From: Octopus vulgaris
Lineage: Eukaryota
Direction: 5' to 3'
Assembly (NCBI GenBank): GCA_951406725.2
Contig: OX597825.1
Location: 31,744,001 to 31,808,000, forward strand
DNA length: 64,000 nucleotides
In this document: positions 40,442-53,565 of the stretch, piece by piece
How the letters are laid out: the number at the start of each line of letters is the position of its first letter
How positions within the stretch are numbered: position 1 is the first letter of the stretch
The notes under the pieces: model-generated
Databases searched by the model: none
The model's input: the letters and a program-made list of their open reading frames with translations, nothing else
What the model was told of the DNA's origin: nothing
Program-made: the position numbers and the translations under genes

Positions 40442-41012
40442 AGCAAGTCAACTCTTGAATAAAAAACTCATTATTTTTCTGTATAATTTTGTTATTCACC
40501 ACCAGGCCAGCCCTGAATATACAGACCTATGATCAAAAGCATTCCAGTTATGACACTCCCATCTTTTCATAACAGTGATTTGTAGGAAATTTGGCTGCTA
40601 TTTCTGGTAAGTCAAACTAGTCTTCTCTGTCTTTGTTTCTCCTACACATAAATTTCCTAACATCCCAGCCATACAATAACCACATTAGTATCATAAGTCT
40701 TTGATGGGGTGCAGGCTTTCCAGATGTCATCATGACATGGCGCCCGGAGTTTTCCTTCTAACTAAATGTAAATAAATAAAAGAGATTGCAATACATAAAA
40801 AATCCCCAGAGGAAAATATTTGAAAAAATTTAGTCTTTAAGCTTAGTGAAACTTCACAGAAAAATTTGGAAGGGGAAAAGCAACTGGTTCCCTATCAGAT
40901 TGTGATTTAAGATATCATCAATATGTGTTAGTGTAGCATAACAGTGTCAAGCTGTTCTAATGAAACATATAAAAAAAGCTGCCTCATTTATGGGACACCT
41001 GTGTATACCCAT

Positions 41013-41062
<50 letters not shown>

Positions 41063-41151
41063 ACGCGCATGCGTATGCACTTCTGTATATATTCATATAT
41101 ATAACATATATAAATATATATATATCTACACACATATACATATACACAGAA

Positions 41152-41182
<31 letters not shown>

Positions 41183-41651
41183 ATATACATATATATATAT
41201 ATATATATTATATATATACACACATATATATTATGAAAATAAAGTTGATTCTACAATCAGTTTAAAGTCACACCATGAATGAATGCTCTTAAAATTGCTT
41301 ATAACAACATCACTTTATTATGCCTGTGTGCATGCATGTATGTGTATGTGTGTGATGTAAATATGTATGTGTATGTGCCTATGTACACATGTATTTCTAT
41401 ATATATATATATACACATTGATTATCTATCAATCTATCTATCAATATATCTATATACCTTGTGTGTGTGTGTATGGATGTATGTATGTATATGTATTTTA
41501 TATAAAAAATAGGTACATAGATATAGAAACACACAAATATATATACATATATATACACACACATACACACATATCATACATTCATACATACCCACAAACA
41601 CATATACATATATCTGTATATATATATGTGTATATATATGTGTATATAGAT

Positions 41652-41719
<68 letters not shown>

Positions 41720-42592
41720 AATATATATACCTATACACACACACACATATATATATACACTCATGCATATCTGTGTGTGTGCATGTGTTTATCTGCAAAA
41801 TACATCTGGTTAAAGAAAATAAACTCCCTCATCATATTATATCACAAAGAAGTCTGGCTCCATAGCGTGTGTCTCCTCCTGAGACACCAAATTTTTAAGC
41901 AATTTTTCCAAATGAAGTAATCATTATATTTCCCATTATGGTTTCCAACATTGATTATCGTAATTTCATCTTCTGTATGGTATCTTCAAAACAGCACTGG
42001 AAAATACAAGACATTGAAGATCTAAAGCAAAATGGTCATACGGATATTGTTATATGGAGTTTAAAGCAACTAGAAGATCAAATGTCTTTAGTACGAATTC
42101 CTTGCAGGCATTTTGTTGCGTATTTTTAACCAGTACACCTCATTCTATGTACTTCAGTGCATTTATCTGATGTAACATACAGATATCTGATTCTCTGAAA
42201 ATTTCTAAAACCAAGATAAAAAGAGCTTTCCATAATACCAGTAAATGCTTTATTCACTGTTTCATATATATATATATCATCATCATCATCATCATTGTTT
42301 AATGTCTACTTTCCATGCTGGCATGGGTTGGATGGTTTGACTGAAGACTGGCAAGCCAGGAGGATGCACCATACTCCAATCTGATCTGGCAAGGTTTCTG
42401 CAGATGAATGCCCTTCCTCATGTCAATGACTCCAAGAGTATAGTGTGTGCTCTTTATGTTCCACTGGTATGGGAGCAAGCCAGGTGGCACTGGCATCGAC
42501 CACACTTGAATGATGCTTTTTTTATGTGCCACTGGCATGGGAGCCAGTCAGGTAGCACTGGTATTGTCCATGCTTGAATGGTACTTTTGATA

Positions 42593-42639
<47 letters not shown>

Positions 42640-43690
42640 GGCACAAATTTCATTTAAGCAGGTAAGAATCGAGTGCACAACATTGACAAGCTTCAACAAA
42701 GGCAAAATACATTTGTGGTTGTTGTGATTCACTACTGCAGTGATGTTTGCCTCACTTCAAACTGTACTGTGTTTTTAACACAACGTTCTATGAAAAGATT
42801 TTCTCTCAGATAAACACTACAGCATCATGCTTTTCAACAATATATATATATATATGTATTTATTATGACACACAGGTGACTATTTTAATTTAATGATGTT
42901 TCAGTTGTATTCATCAAGTTGAAAACATGCATGTTTTAGATATCTTGACTTCTCTACAGATTGTGAAGACCTTATCCAGTGTTTCTAATGGATTTTGGAG
43001 GTGTTGGTCAGCTTTGAGAAACAAATTGGTTTTTAAACTTTTTTCAAATTGTCCAGCACAATGGCAAGGAAAGAAGAATTATGTGTATGCAAACCCTGTT
43101 TTATCTTCTCATTAGAAAAGTATAAGGGGTGTGGGCAAAATATTTCACAAATATGTTTTGGGGCAAGTTTGGTGTTTGTCAGTGAGAGAATCACTAGTCA
43201 AAGTTGTAGCTTCTTTAGTCTATATCTAAATCTAACATGGAACACAATATATACAAATACATTCTTTTGTAGAACCTTGGGGTTTCATAGAAGATTATGC
43301 TATTAAAATTTATCAGCAATAAATTGCCTATACTTCTGTGATACACAAAATATTTTAACAATTCTTAATATTTAATTATAAAAATACAAAAGGATTTTTT
43401 AAACATCAAATGGCAATAGCGGTCCAGTGGAGTAAGATAGGAATCAAAGGTGTCCATAGGTAAAAGATGAGCCTCCTGTACACATACAAGCATGTATACA
43501 TACACGCGTACATACATACATACATGCATGCATGCTTACATACATACATTCATACATATGTACATACGTACATACATACATAAATGCATACATACATACA
43601 TACATACATACATACATACATACATACATACACCAGGAACCCTCTGAAAAAGCTTTTAAATAAAACGCAAACAGAAACACACAAACATAC

Positions 43691-43739
<49 letters not shown>

Positions 43740-43781
43740 TACGTATACATATACACATACACATACATGTGTGTGTGTGTG

Positions 43782-43833
<52 letters not shown>

Positions 43834-44732
43834 ATGTCCATCTTCCATGCATGCATGGGTAGGATGGATGACAGGAGCCAGCAAAGTAGAAAAAACTACC
43901 CTAGGCTACTGTATCTATTTTGGCAGGGATTTTATGGCTGGATGCCCTTCCTAACACCAACTACTCCACAGAGGTGACCAAATGCTTTTTATGTGACGCT
44001 GGCACAGGTGAGGTTAGTTTTGGCCTGATTTTTACAACTGGATGCCCTTCCAAATAGGCTTTAATTATAGATTACAACATTGGTTTCAGCTCTAACTTGC
44101 TGAGTCTTCATTCTCATACCATTACATAAAATTATTTTATAAGTAATTACATAAATAAATATGATGCAGCAACAGCTGTTAGCTGGCACTTCATCAGGTT
44201 GGTTGCTTTTAAAGCACTGCTGGATCATGTTCAATTTCCACTTTTTATATACCATTGCATAATTAGCATTCTTTCATTACAGAATAGTTCATAAATTCAG
44301 GCCAACATAAGTTAGAAAAACCAAAAAATATATATAGTGGCTGTCAAAATAAAAATTAAAAAAATAAAAATATCAATTTCAAAACAAGTGGACAAATTCA
44401 TTAATGGCAGAGTGAAGAGCAACAAAAAATGTATGAATGTAGATCAAAACTTAACATCCTGTCACTTTATTTTATTATTAGCTAGGCTGTTTTAATTTCT
44501 TTATCTCCAGACATGGTCAAGGAGTATCTTTTATCTTTATTTTATCTGTCTGCTACTGTTTAACTGATCCATTGTTATCATTCCTAGCATTATTTCTACT
44601 CGTTTCTCTGTCCACTCTAGAAACTTAGTTTCATTTATCCTTGTTCCGGGAAGAGTCCTTTTAATAGTCAATAAGATTCTCATCTCACATAGAGATTTAT
44701 TTGCCTTTACCCTTTCATACTTACTGATATCT

Positions 44733-45133
44733 AGGCGCCGGAGTGGCTGTGTGGTAAGTAGCTTGCTTACCAACCTCATGGTTCCGGGTTCATTCCCACT
44801 GCGTGGCACCTTGGGCAAGTGTCTTCTACTATAGCCTCGGGCCGACCAAAGCCTTGTGAGTGGATTTGGTAGACTGAAACTGAAAGAAGCCCGTTGTATA
44901 TATGTATATATATATATATGTATGTGTGTATGTGTTTATGTGTTTGTGTTTGTCCCCCCAACATCGCTTGACAACCAATGCTGGTGTGTTTATGTCCCCA
45001 TTACTTAGCGGTTCAGCAAAAGAGACCGATAGAATAAGTACTAGGCTTACAAAGAATAAGTCCTGGGGTCGCTTTGCTCAACTAAAGCGGTGCTCCAGCA
45101 TGGCCACTGCCAAATGATTAAAACAAGTAAAAG
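44733..45133 (+). mobile_element. Full-length CORE-like tRNA SINE with internal (TA)n(TG)n
   Basis: A box gtggctgtgtgg, B box gggttcattccc, core accttgggcaagtgtctt; other copies at 48341-48742, 55470-55862 and 58440-58822 (all minus). Confidence 0.92.
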
Positions 45134-45758
45134 TGTATCTATTCACTCACTTTATACATACATATGCACACACATTCACAAATACATATATACACTGCAA
45201 TACAGACATATATGCATGTGCATCTATCTATCTATTTATATACATATACATACACACACATAGACACACACACACGTGGCGAGAAGCCTCCAATAGTTTA
45301 GATGCATTTCTTGTCTTCACTGAGCAGAACAATCTGTATAATGTTCCAGAAGTAATAAACATTCATATTTTGATGAAGAATTTATGTCAAAGAATTGTCA
45401 ACAATCAAGAAAACAGATGGATATCAGCAAAATACTCGAGATGGCAGAGGAAAATATGACCCCCCTGTAGTTTCCTACTTCTACTCCAGCAATATGTAAA
45501 CTAGTCACTGATAATGATGATGATGATGGTGGTGATGATGATGGTGGTGACGATGATGATGATGATGATGATGATGATGACGACGACGACAGCGACGATG
45601 ACGACGATGACAACGATGATGATGATGAGGAGGAAGATGAAGACGATGATGATCTGGCCATGACAGTCAATTAAGTGAACTGGACTTCAAATTTGAAACA
45701 CTAGCTTATGTCATCATCACCACCATCATCATTGAGGCAGATATTTATAAATACATGC

Positions 45759-45796
<38 letters not shown>

Positions 45797-45798
<2 letters not shown>

Positions 45799-47686
45799 AT
45801 ATGATGTATGACTTCTCGTTGTCACTGTTATATCTGAACTGTTATAATATTAAACGTTCCTGATGTTCTCTTATTGCTCACCAACAGTGTATCTTCAACA
45901 AGCACTCTATGATATCTCTATTCAATAATTCCTACGACCTGTACACTATGACTGCACATATGACACTCTTCTCAGACTGTTCTACACATGCTCATTTATA
46001 CTAACAAATATAGTTCACTTAACCAATCATGGGGGTATACAGATTCTCCATACAACATCTTCCACCTTTAAGATTGGCTTTCCCTTTATTTATATATTTT
46101 TTATTACTTCCTTGTGGAGAAATTGGCATATTTTTTCGTTTAGAATGAGTCTCTAGCATCTCTGTCCACTTCCTCTTTCTAGTTGATTTGTGCACTGGTT
46201 CAACCCTTTCCTGCAGTGACAGAATATCAAATATATCATAATGTATTTCCATAGGTTTCTTCCTGCCTTTTTCATCCTTCTGTGTATCTCTTTTTTATTT
46301 GATTCACATGTCTCTTATGCCCACATGTCTGCCCTTTCATCATATATATTACTCTACCGAGACATTTGGTTATTCATCCTTGTTCCCAACTTTGTTTTCC
46401 ATATTTGTACATTTTAAATAACACTGCATCACCTATATTGAAATAGTTTGTATTATTAACAGTATTCTTCTGTATTTGTTGTTTCCTTCCTGGTAACAAT
46501 TTATCAAATACTGATCACATCTTTCTGGCAAATATTAATTCAGCGGGTGACATACCCAACTCTGTGTTGGAGTTTGGCATTATTCTATAGATGCATAAAA
46601 ATTTTGTCTGTATTATCCACTACTGATTCATTTCTTGTTTACCTCAATGCTCTTTTAAACGTATCTACGAACCTCTCTGCAAGTTCATTTGACCTCAGAT
46701 GATATGGTGGGGTAGTGACGTGTTCCATTTGATGATCTTGCAAAAGTCTTTGAACTCTTTTGCTGTAAATTGCATGTCATTATCTGACACTATAGTGTCC
46801 GACACACCAAAATGTGCAAATATTCCAGCCGAAAATTCAGTAGTTATTGTCATAGTTGCTTTTCTGCACTTACAAATTTCAGGCCACTTTGTGTAGCTAT
46901 CTACCACTACCAGATAATATACACCATTTAGTGGTCCTGCAAAATCTATGTGTAGTCTAGACCATAGTATATCTGTATTTGACCATAGGTGAATCTTTAC
47001 TGGAGGTGCCTTAACTGCCAGGGCATATCCCCTGCATGCTTTCACCAGTTCTCGATATCTTTATCCATACTAGGCCAGTAAATATAACTCCTCATGATGG
47101 CCTTCATCCTTGCACTTCCAGGATGTCCTGCATGAAATTCTCTTAGCATTCTATTTTGTAGTACAACAGGTATCACAACCCTCTGAGAGTACATCAACAC
47201 ATTGTCACACATCGAATAGTATTTCAAACCTCTGTTATGCTCAGTGACATAATTTTTTTGTATTTGTCTCATTCATTATTATTTTTTTCACTTTGTTAAT
47301 AAATGCGTCTTTTTCTGCTTTACTTTTTATCTCTTCCATTTCGACATTCCTACAAGTGTTCGTAACCTCGTTACCACTGTTATAATGACACCGTTATACT
47401 GTGGGAAGTATCCTCTTCGCCAATGACATGATGTACAACTTCTCGTCATCACTATTATATCTGAACTGTTATAATATTAAACATTCCTAATGTTCTCTTA
47501 TTACTCTCCAACTGTGTGTCTTCGACAAGCACTCAACAATATCTTTATTCAATAATTCCTACGACCTGCACACTATGACTGTACATATGACACTCTTCTC
47601 AGACTGTTCTGTGCATGCTCATTTATACTAATAAGTATAGTTCACTTAGCCAATCACAGGGGGTGTTCAGATTCCCCCATACAACA
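45797..47686 (-). mobile_element. Gypsy (Mag-like) LTR retrotransposon, internally deleted, integrase only
   Basis: LTRs 45797-46057 and 47424-47686 (TG...CA), PBS tggcgaagaggat (tRNA-Ser-like), PPT aaaggtggaaga, tatat flanks; FHAGHPGSARMK...YWP, WSRLHIDFAGP, VVDSYTKWPE, IVSDN. Confidence 0.95.
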
Positions 47687-47784
47687 TATATCATCATTAT
47701 CATTATCATCATCATCCTCATTTAATGTCCACTTTCCATACTGGCATGGGTTGGATGGTTCGACCAGATCTGGCTAGGCAGATC

Positions 47785-49164
47785 AGTAGCCAGCAATACC
47801 ATGTTGTCTTTGGAGAGAAATTCATGAGTGAGGAGAGCTCAGTGACAGGATGCAGTGTCATTGTGAAGAATCCAATTCTTCCTGTTCCACAGATCTGGTC
47901 CCTTTTGCAGGATGTCCTCCTTCAAACACTTCAAATCATCGCAATAAAACTCTTGATTGATGGTCTGGCCCTGGGGGATGAATTCTTGATGATCAATACC
48001 ATGGATGTTGAAAACAAATGATGAGCGGTGGCTCTCTTATACTTTCTTCAATCATGGAGATGACGGCCTCTTCCATTGTAATAATTGCTGCTTTGTCTCA
48101 GGGTCATACCCATAGACCCAATTCTTCTCACCGATAATGATCCTCGACATGAAGGATGGGTTGTCAGTGATAGACTTTGACACAATGTTCTTTCAGCTCA
48201 GTGGTCATCAGGCAGGGGACAAACTTGGCAGAGACACACCACATGCTCAACTCAGACATTAGGATTGCTTCCATGGACACATATGACAGAGCAACATCAG
48301 CAATGTCATTGATCATCCTCCGACAATCCTCATGCAGAAGCTCTCTCTTTACTCTCTTTTACTCTTTTACTTGTTTCAGTCATTTGACTGTGGCCATGCT
48401 GGAGCCCGCCTTTAGTAGAGCAAATTGACCCCAGGACTTATTCTTTGGAAGCCTAGTACATATCTCTTTCATTGAACCGCTAAGTTACGGGGACGTAAAC
48501 ACACCATCATCAGTTGTCAAGCGATGTTGGGGACACAAATACAGACATGCAAACATACACACACACATGCATATATATACATATATACGACGGGCTTCTT
48601 TCAGTTTCCGTTTAACAAATCCACTCTAAAAGCTTTGGTTGGCCTGAGGCTATAGTAGAAGACACTTGCCATGCAGTGGGACTGAACCCAGAACCATGTA
48701 GTTGATAAGCAAGCTACTTACCACACAGCCACTCCTGTGCCTAATGAATTTTCTCCACATTTCTGGGGGTGATGCTCATAGCAGGTCTTCCACATCGCTC
48801 ATTGTCTTCCAGGGATGTTCATCCCCTTTTGAAGCACCCATGCCACTCGAAACATCATGTACAACCCATTGCCACATCACCATAAGCTAGCCAAAACATG
48901 CTCAATGACTTTGTGGCAGACTTCCCAAGTTTAATGCAAAATTTCATATTGGCTCTTTGTTCTTGTCTATGACAAAATCACAGACTACAGCATACATGTG
49001 ATTACAAAAACAAAAATTTCATAACTAGCAAAGTAAACACAGCAATGTCAATTGGCACACTGCCTCATGAAGGTCACTGCTAGCTCTCACAGCACATGCA
49101 ACCATGTGCTGCAATCTGTTGGTGCGCTATAGAACTAGTCCAGAAACTTTTTAATACCACTTTG
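47785..49164 (-). mobile_element. Decayed mariner (irritans-like) with nested SINE at 48341-48742
   Basis: HQEFIPQGQTINQEFYC...PDLWNRKNWILHND transposase remnant; TA-flanked terminus at 49164. Confidence 0.8.
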
Positions 49165-49749
49165 TATGCTCATACATGTGACAGGTTCCTTTCAGTTTAT
49201 GTCTTCCAAATCCACTGACAAGGTTTTGGTTAGTATTGGTGTTATCGCAGCAGATACTTGCCCATTATGCTACAGAGTGGAACTGAACTCAAAATCATGT
49301 TGCTGGAAAGCAAACTTCTAAACCATACAGTTAGACCTACACCTATTTAATAAATTACTTTGTACATTTGAACTACTATTTGAGGTCATTTATTAAAATT
49401 CAATCAATTCTTTCTAAGTTGCATATATTTAGTTTAAGAAGTGAAGTAAAAATGATATTTTCTTTGTATTAATTGTAAGTTTGTTACGGTGGTAAGTGGA
49501 CAGAACCATTAGCACACAAGACAAAATGCTTAGTCTTTACATTCTGAGTTCAAATTCCATTAAAGTTGACTTTGCCTGTAACTTTTCTGGGGTTGATAAA
49601 ATAAGTACCAGTGAAGTACTGGGGTCAATATAATTGACTCTCCTACACATACTACTGCCCCAAACACTGCTTGCCTTGTGCCAAAAATTTGAGTCCATTA
49701 TTTATAAGTTCCTTCTTTTAGATTTAGATGTTTAATATATATACAGTGT

Positions 49750-50415
49750 ACAAGAGAGATGACTAAGCTGTCACGTGATACATATGGATGAAGACAACTG
49801 TGTAAAGAAGTACCAGTCTCTAACTGTGAAGGGAACCTGTGGAAAAGATAAACCCAGGAAGACATGGGATGAGGTAATGAAGCATGATCTTTGAACGTTG
49901 GGCCTCACAGAGACAATAACAAGTGATCAATACCTTTGGTGATATACCATGCGTGAGAAGACTCATCAAGCCAAGTGTTGTGTAACTGGCACTCATGCTG
50001 GTGGTATGTAAAAAGCACCCTTCGGACATTGGGCAATATACTGAGCTTGAGAAGACCCGTCAAGACAAGTGAAATAGTTGGGGCTGGTGCCAATGTCACA
50101 TAACTGGCACCCATGTTGGTGACATGTAAAAAGCACCCTTCAAATGTTGGGTTTCATGGAGGCAGTGATGAGTGACTGAGACCTTTGGCAATATACCATC
50201 ATTGAGAAGGCCTGTTAAGCCAAGTGGGATCATAGTCATAGCCAATGCAGGTGTTTCATAACTGGCACATAAAATGCACCAGTGGCACATAAAATGCGCC
50301 CACTACACTCTTGGAGTGGAGCTATAGAAACCATGCCAAATCAGCTTACCAGTTCTCATTCAAACCATCCAACCCATGCCAGCATGGAAAATGGACATTA
50401 AAAGTTGATGGTGAT
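49750..50415 (+). mobile_element. RTE LINE 3' end (ORF terminus, tandem 3' UTR units, tail)
   Basis: MDEDNCVKK...VKG...KPRKTWDEVMKHDL followed by the common tail. Confidence 0.8.
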
Positions 50416-51090
50416 AAATGTATATTGATGTTTACCAATATTGATTCAAGAATATCTGCTATCACCACCAAGACATTGATAAAGAATACAAAGATAAAAT
50501 CAATTTTATTTTATTCACATTAGCCTAGTCATCAATCATAAATGTATTTTTTTTCTTACTGTGACAAGGTGTGTTTCTTAATCTTTATACTCCTAGATTA
50601 TATCTTTATGATTTCTTTTCCAAATGTGATACCTTTTTTTTTTTATTTTTTTTTCTTTTTAGAATTTATTTGATTTGTCTCAAGGGAAGATGAGCATTTT
50701 ATTTTACTTTTTCACCTAATTTTTTGGGTGTGAAAAAACCAATTTTTTTCCCCCTTTTCGTTGACATTCAACACAAAATGTCAGCCAGAAACGCCCAAAC
50801 AAAAGCTTTCTCAGAAGCACAGAAATCATACAAAAACAAAAGGAAATGGAAGGAAAAGAGACCAAAATATTGCAAAACATTGCATAAACATTTTGAAACA
50901 AAAACAAAATCCTATTTTGTGGTTTTGTTGAGAACACTTTCAATGACTTACTTAACAATAACAATGAGAGCAACAAGAAGATACATCTTTGCAAATCCAG
51001 CATCCAATAACAAAATTCTAGATATGAGCAAGATTAAGTTCGAGAAATAAGTGTGAGACAGATGTGACACATAAGGCAACACCTCCTTAC

Positions 51091-51219
51091 CTGAGGAATT
51101 TGTCCAAGTATGTATACTTGTGAGAAAAAATCTTTTGCTATTTAAGCAACCAGTAAAACATGCCTTTTTCAGTTTGAAAACGGCTACTTGAAGCTTGAAA
51201 CACATATCAGAGTAACTCA
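51091..51219 (-). CDS. Candidate internal host exon (SYSDMCFKLQVAVFKLKKACFTGCLNSKRFFLTSIHTWTNSS)
   Basis: tttacAG acceptor, cag|GTaagg donor, 129 nt symmetric phase 1-1, only one open frame. Confidence 0.35.
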
Positions 51220-51438
51220 CTGTAAACATTATTATTATAATTAAAATAAAAATCCTCTCAAACAAAAACCATTTCTACTCATTGTTTCAGATATATATAT
51301 ATATATAATATAATAATAAGAGTAAATAATTTCTATAATGGTTTTTAAAAAAACCAACAATTATTTACTGGTAGAATTTGGTATGTAAGTATAGCCGATT
51401 AACGGTAGAAACTTCTGTAAAGTTCAGTATATATATTG

Positions 51439-51631
51439 TATATAAATAAATGGGGCAGGCAACAGGTTGCATGGCCGCATACCGAAAAATTAGAAATAGC
51501 AGTCAAGACTGTTTATTTCTATTATCTACAAGTGGGGCTTGTAGATAATAGAAATAAACAGTCTTGACTGCTATTTCTAATTTTTCGGTATGCGGCCAAG
51601 CAACCTGTTGCCTGCCCCATTTATTTATATA
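51439..51631. repeat. Near-perfect hairpin, ~94-bp arms, 5-nt loop
   Basis: Arms 51439-51532 / 51538-51631, one mismatch seen. Confidence 0.97.
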
Positions 51632-51655
51632 TAAAATATATATATATATATATAC

Positions 51656-51914
51656 AATATTAATTAGAGACAAAACCACTATTATGCAAATCAAACAAAG
51701 AAACACTTAATCCAATACATAAAAATTTTTATATAACTTAAATAAAATTGAATAGAAGATCTGAAAACCACCTGATGAATGTCCTTAGAAGAGACACGAA
51801 ACAATTGTAGTGGCTAATTTAATTTTATTTAATTTATATAAAAATTTTTATATATTGGATTAAGTCTTTCTTTGTTTGATTTGCATAATAGTGGTTTTGT
51901 CTCTAATTAATATT
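51656..51914. repeat. Inverted repeat (~100-bp arms) with a hammerhead ribozyme in the 58-nt spacer
   Basis: Arms 51656-51755 / 51814-51914. Confidence 0.95.
51768..51813 (+). ncRNA. Minimal type I hammerhead ribozyme with palindromic helix III
   Basis: CCAC-CUGAUGA-aUGUC(9 nt)GACAc-GAAAC-AAUU-GUA-GUGG. Confidence 0.85.
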
Positions 51915-51993
51915 ATATAATATTTTACTATAAAATTGGATTCAATCCTAAATCTAATTTTTCCCTGTAAATTTGGATATATTCCCTAATATT

Positions 51994-52031
<38 letters not shown>

Positions 52032-52989
52032 GCACCAGTGTTATCCAAGGGAAAGACAAAGGTCGATACAGGGCACGTGACGTGAACTCATTTCACAGCT
52101 GAGTAGCTGGAGCACGTGAAAAGTCTTTGCTCAAGAACAACACGCAGCGGTCGATCGAACTCACAACCTCGTCGTAGCTCGACGCTCTAACCACTGAGCC
52201 ATGCGCCTATATATATATATATATATATATACATACAGGTACTGAACCTCTTATCCGGCAACCTTGGGACCAGAGGTGGTTTGGATTTCTGGATTTTCTT
52301 GATTTCTGGACACAGGCCTTTTAGACATGGTAATACATAAAAATTATAATAAATTAAGACAAATAACTACTTAATTGTAAGAGGAGGGCTTCTACACAGC
52401 AGCAGTCACACAGGAACTGGCATCATGTGATGCATACACCATGGAAACCAAAACAAAGCAGCTGCACAGTGAACTGTGAAATTCAAAACTAACCAGATTT
52501 CTGGTCATTCTGGATTACCAAAGGTCTCAGTCACTAGTCATTACCTCTGTGAGGTTCAAAGTTTGAAGATAATGCTTCACCACCTTGTCCCATGTCTTCC
52601 TACCACAGGTTCCCCCCACAGTTAGAGATCAACACTTCTTTACACAACTGTCCTCATCCATACGCATCACATGAACATACAAGTGCAGTCGTCTCTCTTG
52701 CATACACATATATTAATATTTTGCTTAAACATTGTCATGCTAATAACCTGGTGTTAGAACTCAATAAACTTATGCTTCAAGAAAGCATTAATAGAGTACA
52801 GAGCATAATAAGAGACAATATGATTGACAAAGGAACAAAAAAATTATGTAATATTCTTCTATAGCTTACTGATGTTTCTGCTATGAGATGCAATATACTC
52901 ATAGTTGAGTGCTTGTGTATCACCTTAAAGCTCTGTCAGAGCTTCAGAAACATGTAGGTATGCAATTTATGTATATATAATCATCATTT

Positions 52990-53319
52990 TTCGTTTTGGG
53001 ATTTGGTTTGCAAGATTCTTTATATGAGTTTGTGTGTTGAAGCATATTCTGTTGTGTCTGGGGAGAGTCATTCTCTTTTAGTGCCTTATTATTTAACACA
53101 CTCACAGGTAAAATTTCCACTTATTTCTTATTTTTTTTTTTCTAAAATTTTCGTTGCATCTTGCAACCTTTTCGACTATTGAAAAGGTTGCAAAATGCAA
53201 CGAAAATTTTAGAAAATAAAAAATAAGAAATAAGTGGAAATTTTACCAATGAAAATTTTAGAAAATGTGTTAAATAATAAGGCACTAAAAGAGAATGATT
53301 CTCCCCAGACACAACAGAA
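52990..53319 (-). mobile_element. Miniature PLE-derived fold-back insertion with 12-bp TSD
   Basis: TSD taatcatcattt (52978-52989 / 53320-53331); arms 53046-53173 / 53181-53320; unduplicated tail homologous to the big PLE tail at 21404-21465. Confidence 0.85.
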
Positions 53320-53339
53320 TAATCATCATTTCATATCCA

Positions 53340-53522
53340 TTTTCCCAATTTTGCATAAGTTGAATGGATCCTCTCTAACATAGAGTCCTACCACTTGTTG
53401 AATTCATCATCCAACTTGGTGCAGTTCAGCATCCTAAGAACAACTTTCATTAACTCTGCCCTTATCTTCCTCACTCATCTGCTTCAACTGGTTCTTTCTA
53501 CAAGCCTACACAAATGCAGTCT

Positions 53523-53565
<43 letters not shown>

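Noticed and set aside
41938-42129. IPCRH as a MULE SWIM zinc finger
   Set aside because: Upstream CxC is absent and there is no other transposase motif or TIR.
52032-52208. SINE copy with many 1-3 nt deletions as a new subfamily
   Set aside because: Scattered micro-deletions between (TA)n tracts look like low-quality consensus sequence.
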